Source: Zancudomyces culisetae HAW-14-8 (taxonomy: Eukaryota; Fungi; Kickxellomycota). Taken from it: a stretch of 64,000 nucleotides of DNA. The notes under the pieces are model-generated. The model searched no databases, was not told the origin of the DNA, and saw only the letters and a program-made list of their open reading frames with translations. The stretch is taken from the NCBI GenBank assembly GCA_052426225.1, contig JBNJNM010000008.1, positions 434,001 through 498,000 of the forward strand, written 5' to 3'. This document shows, in pieces, positions 10,195-22,433 of the stretch (its first letter is position 1; each line of letters opens with the position of its first letter). Position numbers and translations under genes: made by a program.

Positions 10195-13100
10195 TTATGA
10201 CCGCTTCACTTTTTTATATCCTCCAGCATTATATTCACAAGACTCACTTAAATCATCATAATCCAGTTCGTCTGCAACCTCCATGATAGATTCAATATAC
10301 TCGCTTGTATCAGCACCATGTTTAACCAACAAATTAACCATTTCCATGCTTTCATGTTCAATTGCCTCTTCGAGCCCATAATCCTTTTCCAGTACCAAAT
10401 TTGGATTTCTTTCTAGCAATAGTTTCAGCATTTCCAGGTTATTATTTTCACAGGTCTCTATCACGCCACTTTCGTTCCCTTCTCTTATTTTTGCTCCCTT
10501 TTCAAATAACAATTTCAAAATCTCCAGATCGTTGATTTCACAAGCCCAGAGAACATAATTGTATTCAATATGTTTAAGAGAGCGGGTATTTTTTAAAAGC
10601 AACTTTACTGCTTCTATGTTGTTTTTTTCAATAGCGTGTTGGAGTAAAGAAGAATCGTCACCAATTTCAGGACAACAGGCTAGTATTAACTGTAATGTTT
10701 CAATGTTGTCTAGATTAATATGCCTTAAAAAGTCTGAATTACTTTTATTTTTTGCATCATGCTGCAATAATAACCCAATCATTTCAATTTTTTTTGTTTC
10801 AAGTGCTATATTTACAATGTCTAGGTTACTTTCAATTATAAACCCATTATTCAAAAACACCTTCACCACATCAGTGTTTCCCAATTGTACCGCAATTCTC
10901 AGTATTTTATAAATATCATCGAGATTGAACTCGTAAGTTAAAAATAATCCCAAAATTTCAGTGTTGGCTACTATAACAGCTGCTTCCACTCCATCCAACA
11001 GATCACTATTATGGATGGGTTCGCCCTTTTCAAGCAAGGCTTTGGTAAGGCTGTATTCATCCAACCTGTCAGTGTTTTGTTGATCCAAATGATTGATAAT
11101 TTTTAATTTTCTTCCCTTTTTTATGTTTTTTTTATTCCATTTTTTCAATTTTCCTAAACCATCATAATATTCAAGAATCGTTTTTACCAAGTCTATATCC
11201 CCGATCAAACATACACGCTCTAATTGGTATCTACAAATGTTCCCTAGAATGGCATTATTATCCATAAGATATTTGAGAGTTCTCTTGAGACCTAATCTAC
11301 ACGCGATTCTGACTCCATTACGCTCTGGATCACTCAAGTCAACTCCACTTTCTACCAACAGTTTAACCATGTCAAAGTTACCCAATAAACATGCCATTTT
11401 AATACACTCGTATTCTGGATTCTTGGGCACTACACCACCATTCTTGATCCAATGTTTCAACACCTCAATCTTATTTGACCTACACGCTTCTTCAAACCCA
11501 TCGGACCCTCCTTTCAGTTTTGCACCTTTACTGATAAAGTAATCTATCCAGTCAATATCACCTACTTTAAATGCTGTTCTCAAAAACATGCTGTTATGTA
11601 AATCAATATCCGCTCCATTTTCTACTATTATTTTTAGTAGTTCAAAGTTCCGGTTTACCAATTCTGATTTTACTAGCTCGTAATGTCTATCATTTAACAC
11701 TACGTTTTTTTCATCCATGAACTCGTTAATTTCATTGTATTCAGTATCGTCGAATGTGCTTTGCAGGTCATTTTTAGCAATATATTTGATAATTTCAACC
11801 AAGCTATCATAACAAGCTCGTGCAGTCCGATTAACACGTGAGTCACCTGAAGGATTTGTAAGATATAAAACGCATACGTCTGTAATATTTTTCTTTCCAG
11901 AGTTTATAATTTCTACTAAATTTTCGTATAAACCAACATTTCCAAGAACACTTTCATGTTCAAAATATATGTTTGTATTATTTTGGTTGTAATGTTGGTT
12001 TTCTATAATAAGACATAGTATCGTTTTGTTAAATCTTAGCCTAGTTTTGTCTTTGAACTGTCCTTCTGATGTTTTTGGTTTAACATTAGCCTTAACCTTA
12101 ACCTTATCTTTATTTTTACTAAAGAGCTTTGTTAGACGTTCAGCTATTTCGTAATTTTTGATACTACACAGGTTTTCAATAACATTTTTAACCAATAGCC
12201 CAACAGAAGCACCATTTTCCAATAACAACTGTAACATATCTACATCATCATTTTCGCTTGCAATTCTTATTCCTTTAAATTCAGATGATTTTAAATTTAC
12301 TCCAGACTCGATAAGTAATTTGGCAGAAATGATATTCCTACTTTTCACTGCCTCCTCTAAACAGGAAATACTCGCTGTACTTGGATACTTATTAACAATC
12401 TCTTGTGCCAACTCGTAGTCATTCTTCTTTACAGCCGTTTTCAATGCAACCTCATCTAAATCTCCCTCAAGTCTATCACTGTTTTTTAAAAGAAATCTTA
12501 TTAGATCGACACTAATGCATCTGTACGCCATTAATGTCAATTTTCTTATATTTTCCGAATTTAACTCCACTGTGTAAAAGCACATCTTTACTGTATCTTC
12601 CTTACTATGGTGTATAGCTGCATCAAAAGCTATCTGTGCGTGTTTACTACTAGAGTAGTTATCTTTGAGATATGACACAATTTCTTTTCTATCCAATCTA
12701 ATTGCGTAATATGTACATATAATGTAAATCAACAAATCCATCTCTTCCTGATATCCATATTCCCAAACAAATTCATTCAATTCTTCATCAAGTGCAGCAC
12801 CCTTAGCGTTCACAATCGATTCTAGCACCCGAAAAGAGATTTTTGTGTGTCTTTCAAAATCCAAAACTCTTATTAAAAACTCAAGGTTGTTCAAAACGCA
12901 GCTTTCGAGTGCAGCCTCCAATATACAACAGATCATAAATTTGTTACCAATACATCTAATATCTGTCCCAACAGCACCAGCTATGTCTGGAGGAAACTCA
13001 AACTTGGTGTTACAGATATCTATCAGCATTTCTATGTCACTTTCCCCAGCGATATCAAACATTTCGCACATCAAAATGCCTGATACATCGATGTTGGTTA

Positions 13101-13626
13101 TTAGCGGTTTAATACAAATAGAATCAGAAATCCTAATGTCTGTTTCCTCCTCTATTGATTCGTTATTCGCCGAAAACAATTTTCCAATATCAATATCTAG
13201 ATACTCGCCCTCGTTCATAAATAAAGTACACTTGTGCACAACCGTTGAAGTGTTCTTATCAATCACTACGTACATATTAAGCATTTTGTTTAGGACATTT
13301 TTCCACCTATACTTAAATGCCAAATTTAGAGCGGTTTCGTAGTCTAACTTGATTTTTATCAAAACCAACGCCCCAATGGCTTCATTGGTGTTTATTCTGG
13401 TGTATTTATCGAGTATAATTTCCAAATCATGTCGAAGATAATACTGAGGGTTATATAAGGTGAATTGAATTATGTAATTTCTAATAGTGTTCACCTGTTG
13501 TGAGGCATAATGCATATTTTTGTTCAAGAGTGATATCTGTGGGTTCAGGGCAAGTACAAATATGGTTGACAAGATACTTGCTGGAAGTTTGTTAAAAAGA
13601 TTGTTGCTATTGTTAATGGTATTCAT
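10195..13626 (-). CDS. Large intronless ankyrin-repeat protein (1143 aa) with an N-terminal F-box-like motif
   Basis: Many A(C/S)xxxxxxxxxxLLxxGA units (e.g. IASENDDVDMLQLLLENGA, ACLLGNFDMVKLLVESGVDL, AIEHESMEMVNLLVKHGAD); N-terminal LFNKLPASILSTIF; no signal peptide. Confidence 0.92.
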   Translation of the reverse strand: MNTINNSNNLFNKLPASILSTIFVLALNPQISLLNKNMHYASQQVNTIRNYIIQFTLYNPQYYLRHDLEIILDKYTRINTNEAIGALVLIKIKLDYETALNLAFKYRWKNVLNKMLNMYVVIDKNTSTVVHKCTLFMNEGEYLDIDIGKLFSANNESIEEETDIRISDSICIKPLITNIDVSGILMCEMFDIAGESDIEMLIDICNTKFEFPPDIAGAVGTDIRCIGNKFMICCILEAALESCVLNNLEFLIRVLDFERHTKISFRVLESIVNAKGAALDEELNEFVWEYGYQEEMDLLIYIICTYYAIRLDRKEIVSYLKDNYSSSKHAQIAFDAAIHHSKEDTVKMCFYTVELNSENIRKLTLMAYRCISVDLIRFLLKNSDRLEGDLDEVALKTAVKKNDYELAQEIVNKYPSTASISCLEEAVKSRNIISAKLLIESGVNLKSSEFKGIRIASENDDVDMLQLLLENGASVGLLVKNVIENLCSIKNYEIAERLTKLFSKNKDKVKVKANVKPKTSEGQFKDKTRLRFNKTILCLIIENQHYNQNNTNIYFEHESVLGNVGLYENLVEIINSGKKNITDVCVLYLTNPSGDSRVNRTARACYDSLVEIIKYIAKNDLQSTFDDTEYNEINEFMDEKNVVLNDRHYELVKSELVNRNFELLKIIVENGADIDLHNSMFLRTAFKVGDIDWIDYFISKGAKLKGGSDGFEEACRSNKIEVLKHWIKNGGVVPKNPEYECIKMACLLGNFDMVKLLVESGVDLSDPERNGVRIACRLGLKRTLKYLMDNNAILGNICRYQLERVCLIGDIDLVKTILEYYDGLGKLKKWNKKNIKKGRKLKIINHLDQQNTDRLDEYSLTKALLEKGEPIHNSDLLDGVEAAVIVANTEILGLFLTYEFNLDDIYKILRIAVQLGNTDVVKVFLNNGFIIESNLDIVNIALETKKIEMIGLLLQHDAKNKSNSDFLRHINLDNIETLQLILACCPEIGDDSSLLQHAIEKNNIEAVKLLLKNTRSLKHIEYNYVLWACEINDLEILKLLFEKGAKIREGNESGVIETCENNNLEMLKLLLERNPNLVLEKDYGLEEAIEHESMEMVNLLVKHGADTSEYIESIMEVADELDYDDLSESCEYNAGGYKKVKRS

Positions 13627-16600
13627 CGTGTCGTAAGTCGAATTATTGCTATTTCTTCTGTTCGACCTTATTAGTTTGTTAGTGTATTATAGTAAACAAT
13701 AAAGGTGAATAAGCTCCAAAATTAAAATCATGTTGGTTTTATATTACTTTCCTGATTTTTTTGATCTATTTATCCAAATTTTATACCAATTTCAATAGTC
13801 ATTTGCTGCGTAATTTGAAAAAATCAATATAGGTTTCAAATAATTGGGTACAATTCAGGATAAAGATATCAACCAGAAAAATTGGTCCAATTCCAATCCA
13901 GTAAATTATGCTTTTTTCGTGGATTTCAAGATGAATTAGCCAATGGGATCAAGATGGCTTCAAATTGACAACTCAAAAACTCATCCAGTTCCATTATCGC
14001 TCACCGAGCATAAACTGAGTATTACATCTGTCATTTTGGTCTGATTGTTTATTGAATGGTTCTTGGTGGAAATATATGTTGTGATTGTCAAAATAGTTTA
14101 TAGTTTGTTATTAGATGTGTATAGTACATTAATGATATGTATTAATTCAGTTTTGGTACTATGTTTCAAGTTATCAACACACGTTCAATCAGTTGATTAA
14201 ATTTTTACTGAGAAATAAAATAGATCTCAGTTCAGCAACCAAACAATTTTCAAATAGAATATATAAACATAAAGTTAGATAAAGTTTATGAGTTTAATAC
14301 TTGCGTACTTTTATCACTAGCTAAATGAATCCAACCCAAATTAAAAAAGAGTACCAGAAAAAATGTCAAATATAAAAATAAACATGATTCCTGCCAATGA
14401 GTTGACTAAAATATTTATTCTTCTGTTCAATATCAGAGTTTATTCAGTTGGCGGTGATATGTAATGCACCTAATACCCAAAAATGCAATATCAATTATTT
14501 CATATTGAGAATTATGTTTGAATCAACATAGAATCGGCTTTTTACTCTGATTTGTATGGATTTATGAGAAATATACATTCTAGCAATTAAATAAAGTATC
14601 AGGTTACTAGTACTATAGTGAATCTAAAAGGGTAATACAATAGGGTGCTAGAGTTGGAAATAGAGAATAGCTTGAGAAATATACATAAAATTTGATCCGA
14701 TCGGTGATAATATATGTGCGAATACCACGTTTATTGGTGAATATGGGATACTGAAGATGGATTTGACGCCTTGGATATTATGAATAATAAAAAAAGCAGT
14801 GCTCAACATATAGGCTGTAGCTGCAAATTTGTGAGGCAGCAGAATAGTTGAAAGGTATCAACAGGGTTATCTCTCAACAGACATGCAATTTAAATATAAA
14901 TTTACTACCGAAAAGATATAAAACTATACAAGAATACAATAAACCATTCGGCTATTTTAATTGGTGATCTCAGCTCCTTGATATATTGATACCCAGTATC
15001 AACTTGATTGTATATTTAGAAATGACCACAAGAATAGCTGATCTAAAAGGTTACTTCGAGTTGGCGAAACATAAAGTGGGAATATAAGTTAATAAGTTAA
15101 TAAAACTTTATAATGCTCTGGCATAGTGGTTAAAACTAAATACCGAGTAATGAAAATAATATAGATTTTGTGTGGATCATGTAAAAATAGAAAAAGTAAT
15201 AGATATTGGAACCAATTTTACAATGTTGTGTGGACCAGGGATGTAAAATATTAATTTTATATGTGATACTGATATAGTAAAGATAAACTTTATAAGGTAT
15301 GATTATCCATACAATAAGCGTATTATTCATACAAAATATCTGGGGTAAACTCATAATTTTGTTAACATTAATGAGTCTATGCTTAAAAAATACACTGGAA
15401 CGTGAAACTACTAATATTCTTGAATTGAGTAACGTAACTTTGAGTACATGGTGGAAAAAAAAAAGCAGAAAATGAAATACTTGAGATTATGGATTTACTT
15501 GTAGTGGTTAACCTAACAACACATAAGCAGATATACGATATTTTATAAATAATATATGAGTGGGTGCATAGGGAATATTAATCATTTAATTTCAAAAACA
15601 GATGTAAAATCATTAAACATTAACAGTTTATTTATAAAAAATGCAACTAAATCAGAAATATTGAGATTCTAAAACACTTGTTTTGTCGGGGCTAGAAAAT
15701 AATAGAATGGTTGGAATATGGGTACAATATTTGTATAAAAGAAGGATATGGAATTAATAATCCGAGAAAATGAAATTACCTGGTACAAAAATGTGTATCG
15801 CTGAGAGAAAACAAGAAAACTGTTTTTGGCTTCTTTCAGTTGGACAGGAAAACACCCAATTAGTTAAATTATTAATCAAAAATAGAATCAACATCTCGAG
15901 CATAATGTTATAAATTGGGCTGCAAAGCGATTAAGTTGGAAATTGTATCTTTATGAATCCATGATAGTTGTAGGTTCTAGCAACAAACCAGTAAAAGTTA
16001 ATAATCCAGTATGTAAACAGAGTGGCCATAGAGTTGCACAGGTATTGATAAAAGATAGTAACTGGTTTTTTTCTCCTTTGTGGGTAGAATAACTGAGCTT
16101 AAATGTTTTTTCAGAAGGATGCTATGTGAATACATGGGCTAGTTATCGTCACATTGACTACCCATTAAAGCTATTAAACCTATTAAACTCATGAAAACCA
16201 CTAGTGTACGAAACACCTGAATCAAATAACTAACCAAGCAGTTTCTGGAAATCATATCAATACAATTGATTTATTGAGCAAAAATTTACTATTATCAATA
16301 TACTAGCGGGGTCACTATCTATTAGTGAGATACTTTATATAACCACTTCATCAGATACTACATGTCACTATATCGCAAAATCTCTGATTAACTTGTTAAG
16401 TTTTTGTTTGCAGTGCTAATTTCTTTTATTGAAGACGTTTGAAAGCCTAATACAATTTACTAGATTTTTCTCCACCGTTTCACCCTATATCCCATTTTCT
16501 TTTTTTTTTGTTTAATTCAATTTCGCTGTAATCTATTGACTACCAACATGAGATTGAAAGTTAATAGTAAAGGTAGCAGAAAAAATAAATAGAAAAAGAT

Positions 16601-19600
16601 AAATAAGAATTAGAACTTTAGACAGATATGAAACGTGTCAAAATTTCTAAACAATATCTATATAGTATTCTGCTGCTTTAAAGAATGTAAACTAATAGGG
16701 ATATTTTTTTTTCGTGGTATTGTTGTTTTTATTCACTTGTTACTTTATTCATTGCTCACGCACTTTATGAAATCATCAAGCACATATATATTGATTTTGA
16801 GCTTGCTAAAGTTCACATTAGACAGCTCAATAAGCAGTCTATTAAGCTTGTCCACTTTTTGTGAATTTTTCTTATTTGACCTTCTTGCACCTCATTTAAT
16901 TAATTTCTAACCCAGTCTTCAGGGGACGCTTCCACTTCAATTATGACTTTTTGAGCACACAGGTGTTTCCTCAATAGACATGCTAGGTAAAAGCATGTAT
17001 CATTTTTACCATTTAATCCAGAGCCCCATATATCATATGTCATATGCCCAATTACACAGAGTGTCCCAATGATTAACCACACTCTCTTTTCTATAATACT
17101 ATTATCATAACTGTATCTGGTTCCATTATAACTCTGTATAGTGTTGCTGTGCAATGCATTCAACTCAACTCAACTCATCATGGAATTTGGTCGTTTGTTG
17201 AGCCTATTGTGTAAGTTGTAATTTGATATTGATATAGCCAAAAATGTCCTCAAGTACGTGTGCTTCCAATATCCACACTTCTTGCATTTCAACTTTTTAC
17301 CACTGGTTCAAAACCTCTACGGGAACCACAATTCTCATATTTAGATTCAATAATAATTTTCTGGTTTTCCCAGTAATTTGCGGGCAAAACCCCAATTTCT
17401 TGAAGGATTGATCTACAATAGATACACTATCTATCTATATGACCATACTAATTCAAGATAATTTTAAACACTAAATGTTTTGTCGCTTTGATACGTATGC
17501 AGTTTATAATTTAGATAGATTTAGGTTCGTTGTAGCCCCCAACCTATTTCAACAATACAAATTGTTGAACTAACCAAAAAAAAAGTAAACTAAAACTACA
17601 AGGGAAAAAAAGACCAGCTTAACATAACACCAACGGCCATAAAATTAATACTACAAAAAAATTTAGACATATACTTATAACATTGTTCCCATCGTATTAC
17701 CATAATGAACTTTTGTTTCTAAAATGAAACTAGAAATCAGTGACTTTGTATATATATATTTTTGCTAATACCACTAACTTTTAGTCTACTCACAACTTGA
17801 TATGTATATTGACGTAATGGTTTGGTTGCACTTTTTATTTTTTTCAGTATCAATTTCAATCAAAATATTACGATTTTATGTTGTAGATCGTTAAAATATC
17901 GAAATGCTGAGTATATGCGCGATTTGTAAAATATAGGTAATTAAAAATATTAAAAATACAAGAAAAATATAAGAAAATGAATAAAAAAGATATTTTAAAG
18001 TAATGTTCATTTTGAGTGAAAGTATTTTACACTGTGTAAAGATATTCAGTATAGTCGCTAATATAACGTTGCAACTGATTAGGCACTTACAAATCTACAC
18101 TAAAATAAAACCGAGAAAATATTGATCTCTAAATCGACGTGATACATCTCTAACTAATTAGATTGCTTGCAAATTCTCACTAAAAATAAATATTGTGGCT
18201 CGCTCTTGTTTTTATTCTCCGCTTTATCAATATAAGTTTACGTCACTTTTACCTTATGATTCTAACAAAAGACTTTTTTTAATCAAAATAAATGAAGATT
18301 TTGTTGTTATTGTTGTACACGATTTTAGTCATCTATACTATATATAATTAGTGATGGTTTCATAATTGATAAACACACATGTTGAGTGAGAACGGTGAGA
18401 AGAGTAAAGTGGACTTAAATGCGGGTGGGTGATTCAAAGTAGATTATGTTGATCAGACTTATAAACTCTCGTTGAGTCAAAAGTTGCAGTTTAATTTAAA
18501 ATTATTTATGATATAGCTGCCAATACGATATTATTCTAAATGTCGTTGATTACGATTAAATTATACTCAATAGTTCAAATAACTCGACCTTTATACCATA
18601 TGCTTATGATTGTAGTTTTAACAATGACAATTGTATAATGCTCTGGAATAGATTAATTATGATAAGGAAAAAATATACGAGTTTTCGGTAAATATTGATG
18701 TATTATTAGCAATAGTACTGATGAAACAGTTCGAAAATACTATAGCATGATTGAGTTTATGAACACCAATAACACTGTACTTAGAAAATCCACTAGATGT
18801 GTAGTTGATGTTTTTAATTTATTTTGAGCTATGCGACCATAATATGAAACAAAGATCTTTAACGTTTAATAAAAATGTTTTTAAATCTTGATAAATAATG
18901 AACGTGGTACACATTTTGGTATTCATCACCACAGTATGTGGGTACGACTCACGCTTCAATTTGTACTTAATTTTTACTATTTGTGCTTTTTTGAACACGC
19001 AATGGGCGTGGGGCCGTGAATCTAGCGTATTTTTCAACTTTGTACAGTCATTAATAATTTTGACAATCCAACCAAGCCATAAATTACAAAGTCCAATGTT
19101 TTTTTAAATTCGCCGGAAACTGACGACCTTGTGCCTAACTTCTGATGTTTATTTACAAAATCCGTATTCAAAGTTGTGATAAATAACTGCGTTAAGAATG
19201 AATGATGTAATTCTATTATATTACTGAAAATGAGCGGCCATTTAAAAAAACATTGTGTTCTTTCATATTAACCTCCATTTTGGCTATAAAAATAATTTGA
19301 CCCTTAAGAAAAAGCATTTTTCATGTATCGGCGATTATGTAAGCAATTTATTGCGTTTACTTCATCACAGTGCATTTAAATGAAAAATGTTTAGATTTTA
19401 CTACAGATGGCATTACATAATTTAATGTGTACATATTATAAACCGCACACAAATGAAAATGTAGTAGCAACAAAAACAGTAGATTGTGATACTCCCTGGT
19501 AAAAAATAGGAAGTGCTGGTTCCGCAGAGTGTTTCTAGTCAGCAACCTAAAAGAAAGCTTTGGATGATGTTCTGCGAATAGGCTTATATTATACTTATCA

Positions 19601-20220
19601 TAGATTAACTAAAATATATCTGCTAGTTAGGGTGTTTCATATTCAGTTTGAATGTTTATGTCCGTGAAATGGAAAATTTCAAGGCAAAATTAATGGATTT
19701 GTTACATTTATTAGGTTTAGGAAGCGTTTCTGTTTGCGCCGAATAATTAGTACCTATAGTAAAACCTGTACTAGATAGCTTTCTACAAGAAATGATGTTT
19801 GTCTACTAACTCAGCACTCACACAACATCATTCGCCGCATAAAGGTGCGAAGTCAAACAGGAAATTCAACTTGGAATATGATTTTGTCAAAATATCTAAT
19901 ACCAAGGTTACCAACAGCAAAATTGACTTTTCAGCTCTTTTTTAAAAAAACACACGCTATGTTTGTTGTAGCTAATTGTAATTTATTGATTTGTTTGAAT
20001 AGCTTAGTCAACCTACGATTTCGAAGAGCTTTGTCATTTTTTTAGGAGTTTATTGTATACACGTTATTAGAAACTGTAGTTAAAAAAAGTAAAATAACAT
20101 TCAAGTCTTTAAATATTCAAATAGTGCAAGTAAAACAAACTAGAATTAAGCTTTAAATTAAAAAACGATATACGTTTGATATACTAAACTTTTGGATTTA
20201 CAGTTTATTATAAAGTATAA

Positions 20221-20580
20221 AGCTGGTGGTCAACTCAAATCCTTAACGCTTGCAATTACGATACTATTGAGGGAATGTACTTTGGCGCTGATGCAATAAG
20301 TATTAATCACATCTATACGCTTATCTTGAAGTTTGGTAAAGGTGGAAAACAAGTACCACTGCGGATCTCAAACGATAAACTCTATATATATTGTGATGAA
20401 AAGTAGATATTGTAGGCCACAGATAATGGTCACATATGCGAGTTAACTGATGGTATTGTTGAATAAATTATAAATAGACAAGCTGAATACCCTGTAAAAA
20501 ACACAGGGGTTGTCACAAAATGACAGTTGAGTGTTGGTGCTAATTTATCATATAAAAGGTCAAGTATCTATATTCTGGTT
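20221..20580 (+). pseudogene. Degenerate ankyrin-like gene remnant inside the IR arm (mirror at ~6122-6481, minus strand)
   Basis: Manual translation ...ATDNGHICELTDGIVEYIINRQAEYP...KWQLSVGANLS with in-frame stops; two extra stops (TAC>TAA, TGG>TGA) occur only in the right arm. Confidence 0.35.
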
Positions 20581-21180
20581 TTGATTTAGTTGATTTAGTT
20601 GATTTAGTTGATTTGAATGTTTTTTTGGGTTTAGCTTATAAGTGATGGGAAAGCGTTAAAATTGGTATACTACACCACTGTATAATTGAAATATCAACAC
20701 GATTCCTAAATTGTAAAAACAAATAAAATTAATTTAGTGTACTGGAGTTGGTTAAATGTATTATGTTATATTGTATTGTATTTATTGTATTATACTGTAT
20801 TTTGTTGTATTATACTGTATTGTATTGTATTTATTGTATCATACTGTATTATGTTCTAAATACTGTATTTATTATATCATACTGTATTAGTTAATAAAAT
20901 GACATTCTTTCCAACAATTTATTTACGATAAACTACAAGTCTCAAAATGAGTTACTTCCTAATCAAAACTGATCAAGCAATAGCTTTTAAAAAAGTGGGG
21001 GTATGAAGTACTATTAAATATGATATACTGGCTTTTTTTCTCAATGGATTTATTAAATAAATATCACATAAAGCTATTAAAAAATAATCCTACATAATAT
21101 TTATCTAACCAATTTCTTTCCATTCGCTTAGGAACTTCATTCCTACACAAACTAAATCCTAATATTCAAATAAAAGGCTC

Positions 21181-21708
21181 TCATGAATAAAAGTCACAAG
21201 TATTTGCGCTACGATTCCACTGTACATTACAGCCTCCAAAGTCGATTCCGGTACTGCAATCACCTGCACAATCAAACATCTCAGTCACTTTAACGCATAC
21301 TCTTATTGATGGGTTGCTTGCATTGTACATGCAATAAGTTGTACATGTACCATATGGGTTATTTATCAAGCGATCACGTATAAAGTTTTGGAAATCGATG
21401 TTTGACAAGCTTCCACCATTTTCTGACCATGCATAAAGCTTTGTTCTCCATACCTGAATTGATCCAAACGATGTATAAGAACTACAAAAGTTGTTTATGC
21501 AGGTACCCACTTTTTCGTACAAACATTTAGTAGCTTGATTGTTTATGCTACGCCCTAAAGGACGTGTTGAATTAATAACTTGCATACCCGTTTGCTCCAA
21601 CACCATGTCATTTCCTGCAGCAATATCAAAGCTTGTATTAGATTGAGCCGTGGTAAACATCAATCTGATGAGCAAAACCATGAACGGAATAATCATCACC
21701 TTTGCCAT
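21181..21708 (-). CDS. Small secreted cysteine-rich protein (175 aa), copy 2
   Basis: Protein identical to copy 1; one synonymous difference seen (Ala GCC at 5281 vs GCA at 21430). Confidence 0.85.
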   Translation of the reverse strand: MAKVMIIPFMVLLIRLMFTTAQSNTSFDIAAGNDMVLEQTGMQVINSTRPLGRSINNQATKCLYEKVGTCINNFCSSYTSFGSIQVWRTKLYAWSENGGSLSNIDFQNFIRDRLINNPYGTCTTYCMYNASNPSIRVCVKVTEMFDCAGDCSTGIDFGGCNVQWNRSANTCDFYS

Positions 21709-22338
21709 TTTCTTAATATGTAGAGTTTTTATGATTTATTACTTAAGCAATAACTTCAAGTCAACAGTAATAATCTATACACATGCGGTTTATTCTTTGT
21801 TTTTATATACTATCTGGTGTTCTGTCTTTAACTTGATTTTCAGTTAATTAAACACTTTAACTTTATGAATTTTCAGTCAACTTTAAAATGAGCTTAATAA
21901 ATCATATCACTAATTCAGATAGCCTTTTTATCGATGTATTTCTCGATAAATTTGAAAAGCAATGCTGATCAATGAAAAAGGGGCGAACACTCAGACTTTT
22001 AGTCACATACCATTGCGCCACTTACTAAACTTCTCACAGTCTGTTTTATTTACTTGTTTTTGAATACAGACCAGGGGTAATCTAGAAACCATCTAATAGA
22101 TTATATGAATAATAGCAAGAAAATAATCATAGTTAGATCTTCAAATAAGCATCTATGATCGGGTTCATAGATAACAGACGCTTAGCTTATGAGAAACTAG
22201 ATAACCCCCCACCCCTACCACCATCACCATCACCATCACCATCACCATCACCACGTTTCATAATTCTATCAGTGTGGCTTTTAAATTTGGATTTCAAAAA
22301 TAGAAATTTTAGTTCTTAGTGTTTAAGAAACTGTATTA

Positions 22339-22433
22339 GTAAGCAGTTTTTCATAAGCAGTTTTTCATAAGCAGTTTTTTGTAAGCAGTTTTTCATAAGC
22401 AGTTTTTTGTAAGCAGTTTTTTGTAAGCAGTTT
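22339..22433 (-). repeat. 14-bp tandem array, mirror copy in the right arm
   Basis: Same unit number and variant order as 4272-4366. Confidence 0.9.

Noticed and set aside
16900-17410. Possible decayed gene (MTYDIWG resembles a GH18 motif)
   Set aside because: Single short match, many stops, no DxxDxDxE motif
8866-17835. IR-flanked centromere core
   Set aside because: The architecture is reminiscent, but the core holds an intact 3.4-kb gene and the arms hold genes; it cannot be supported without CENP-A data
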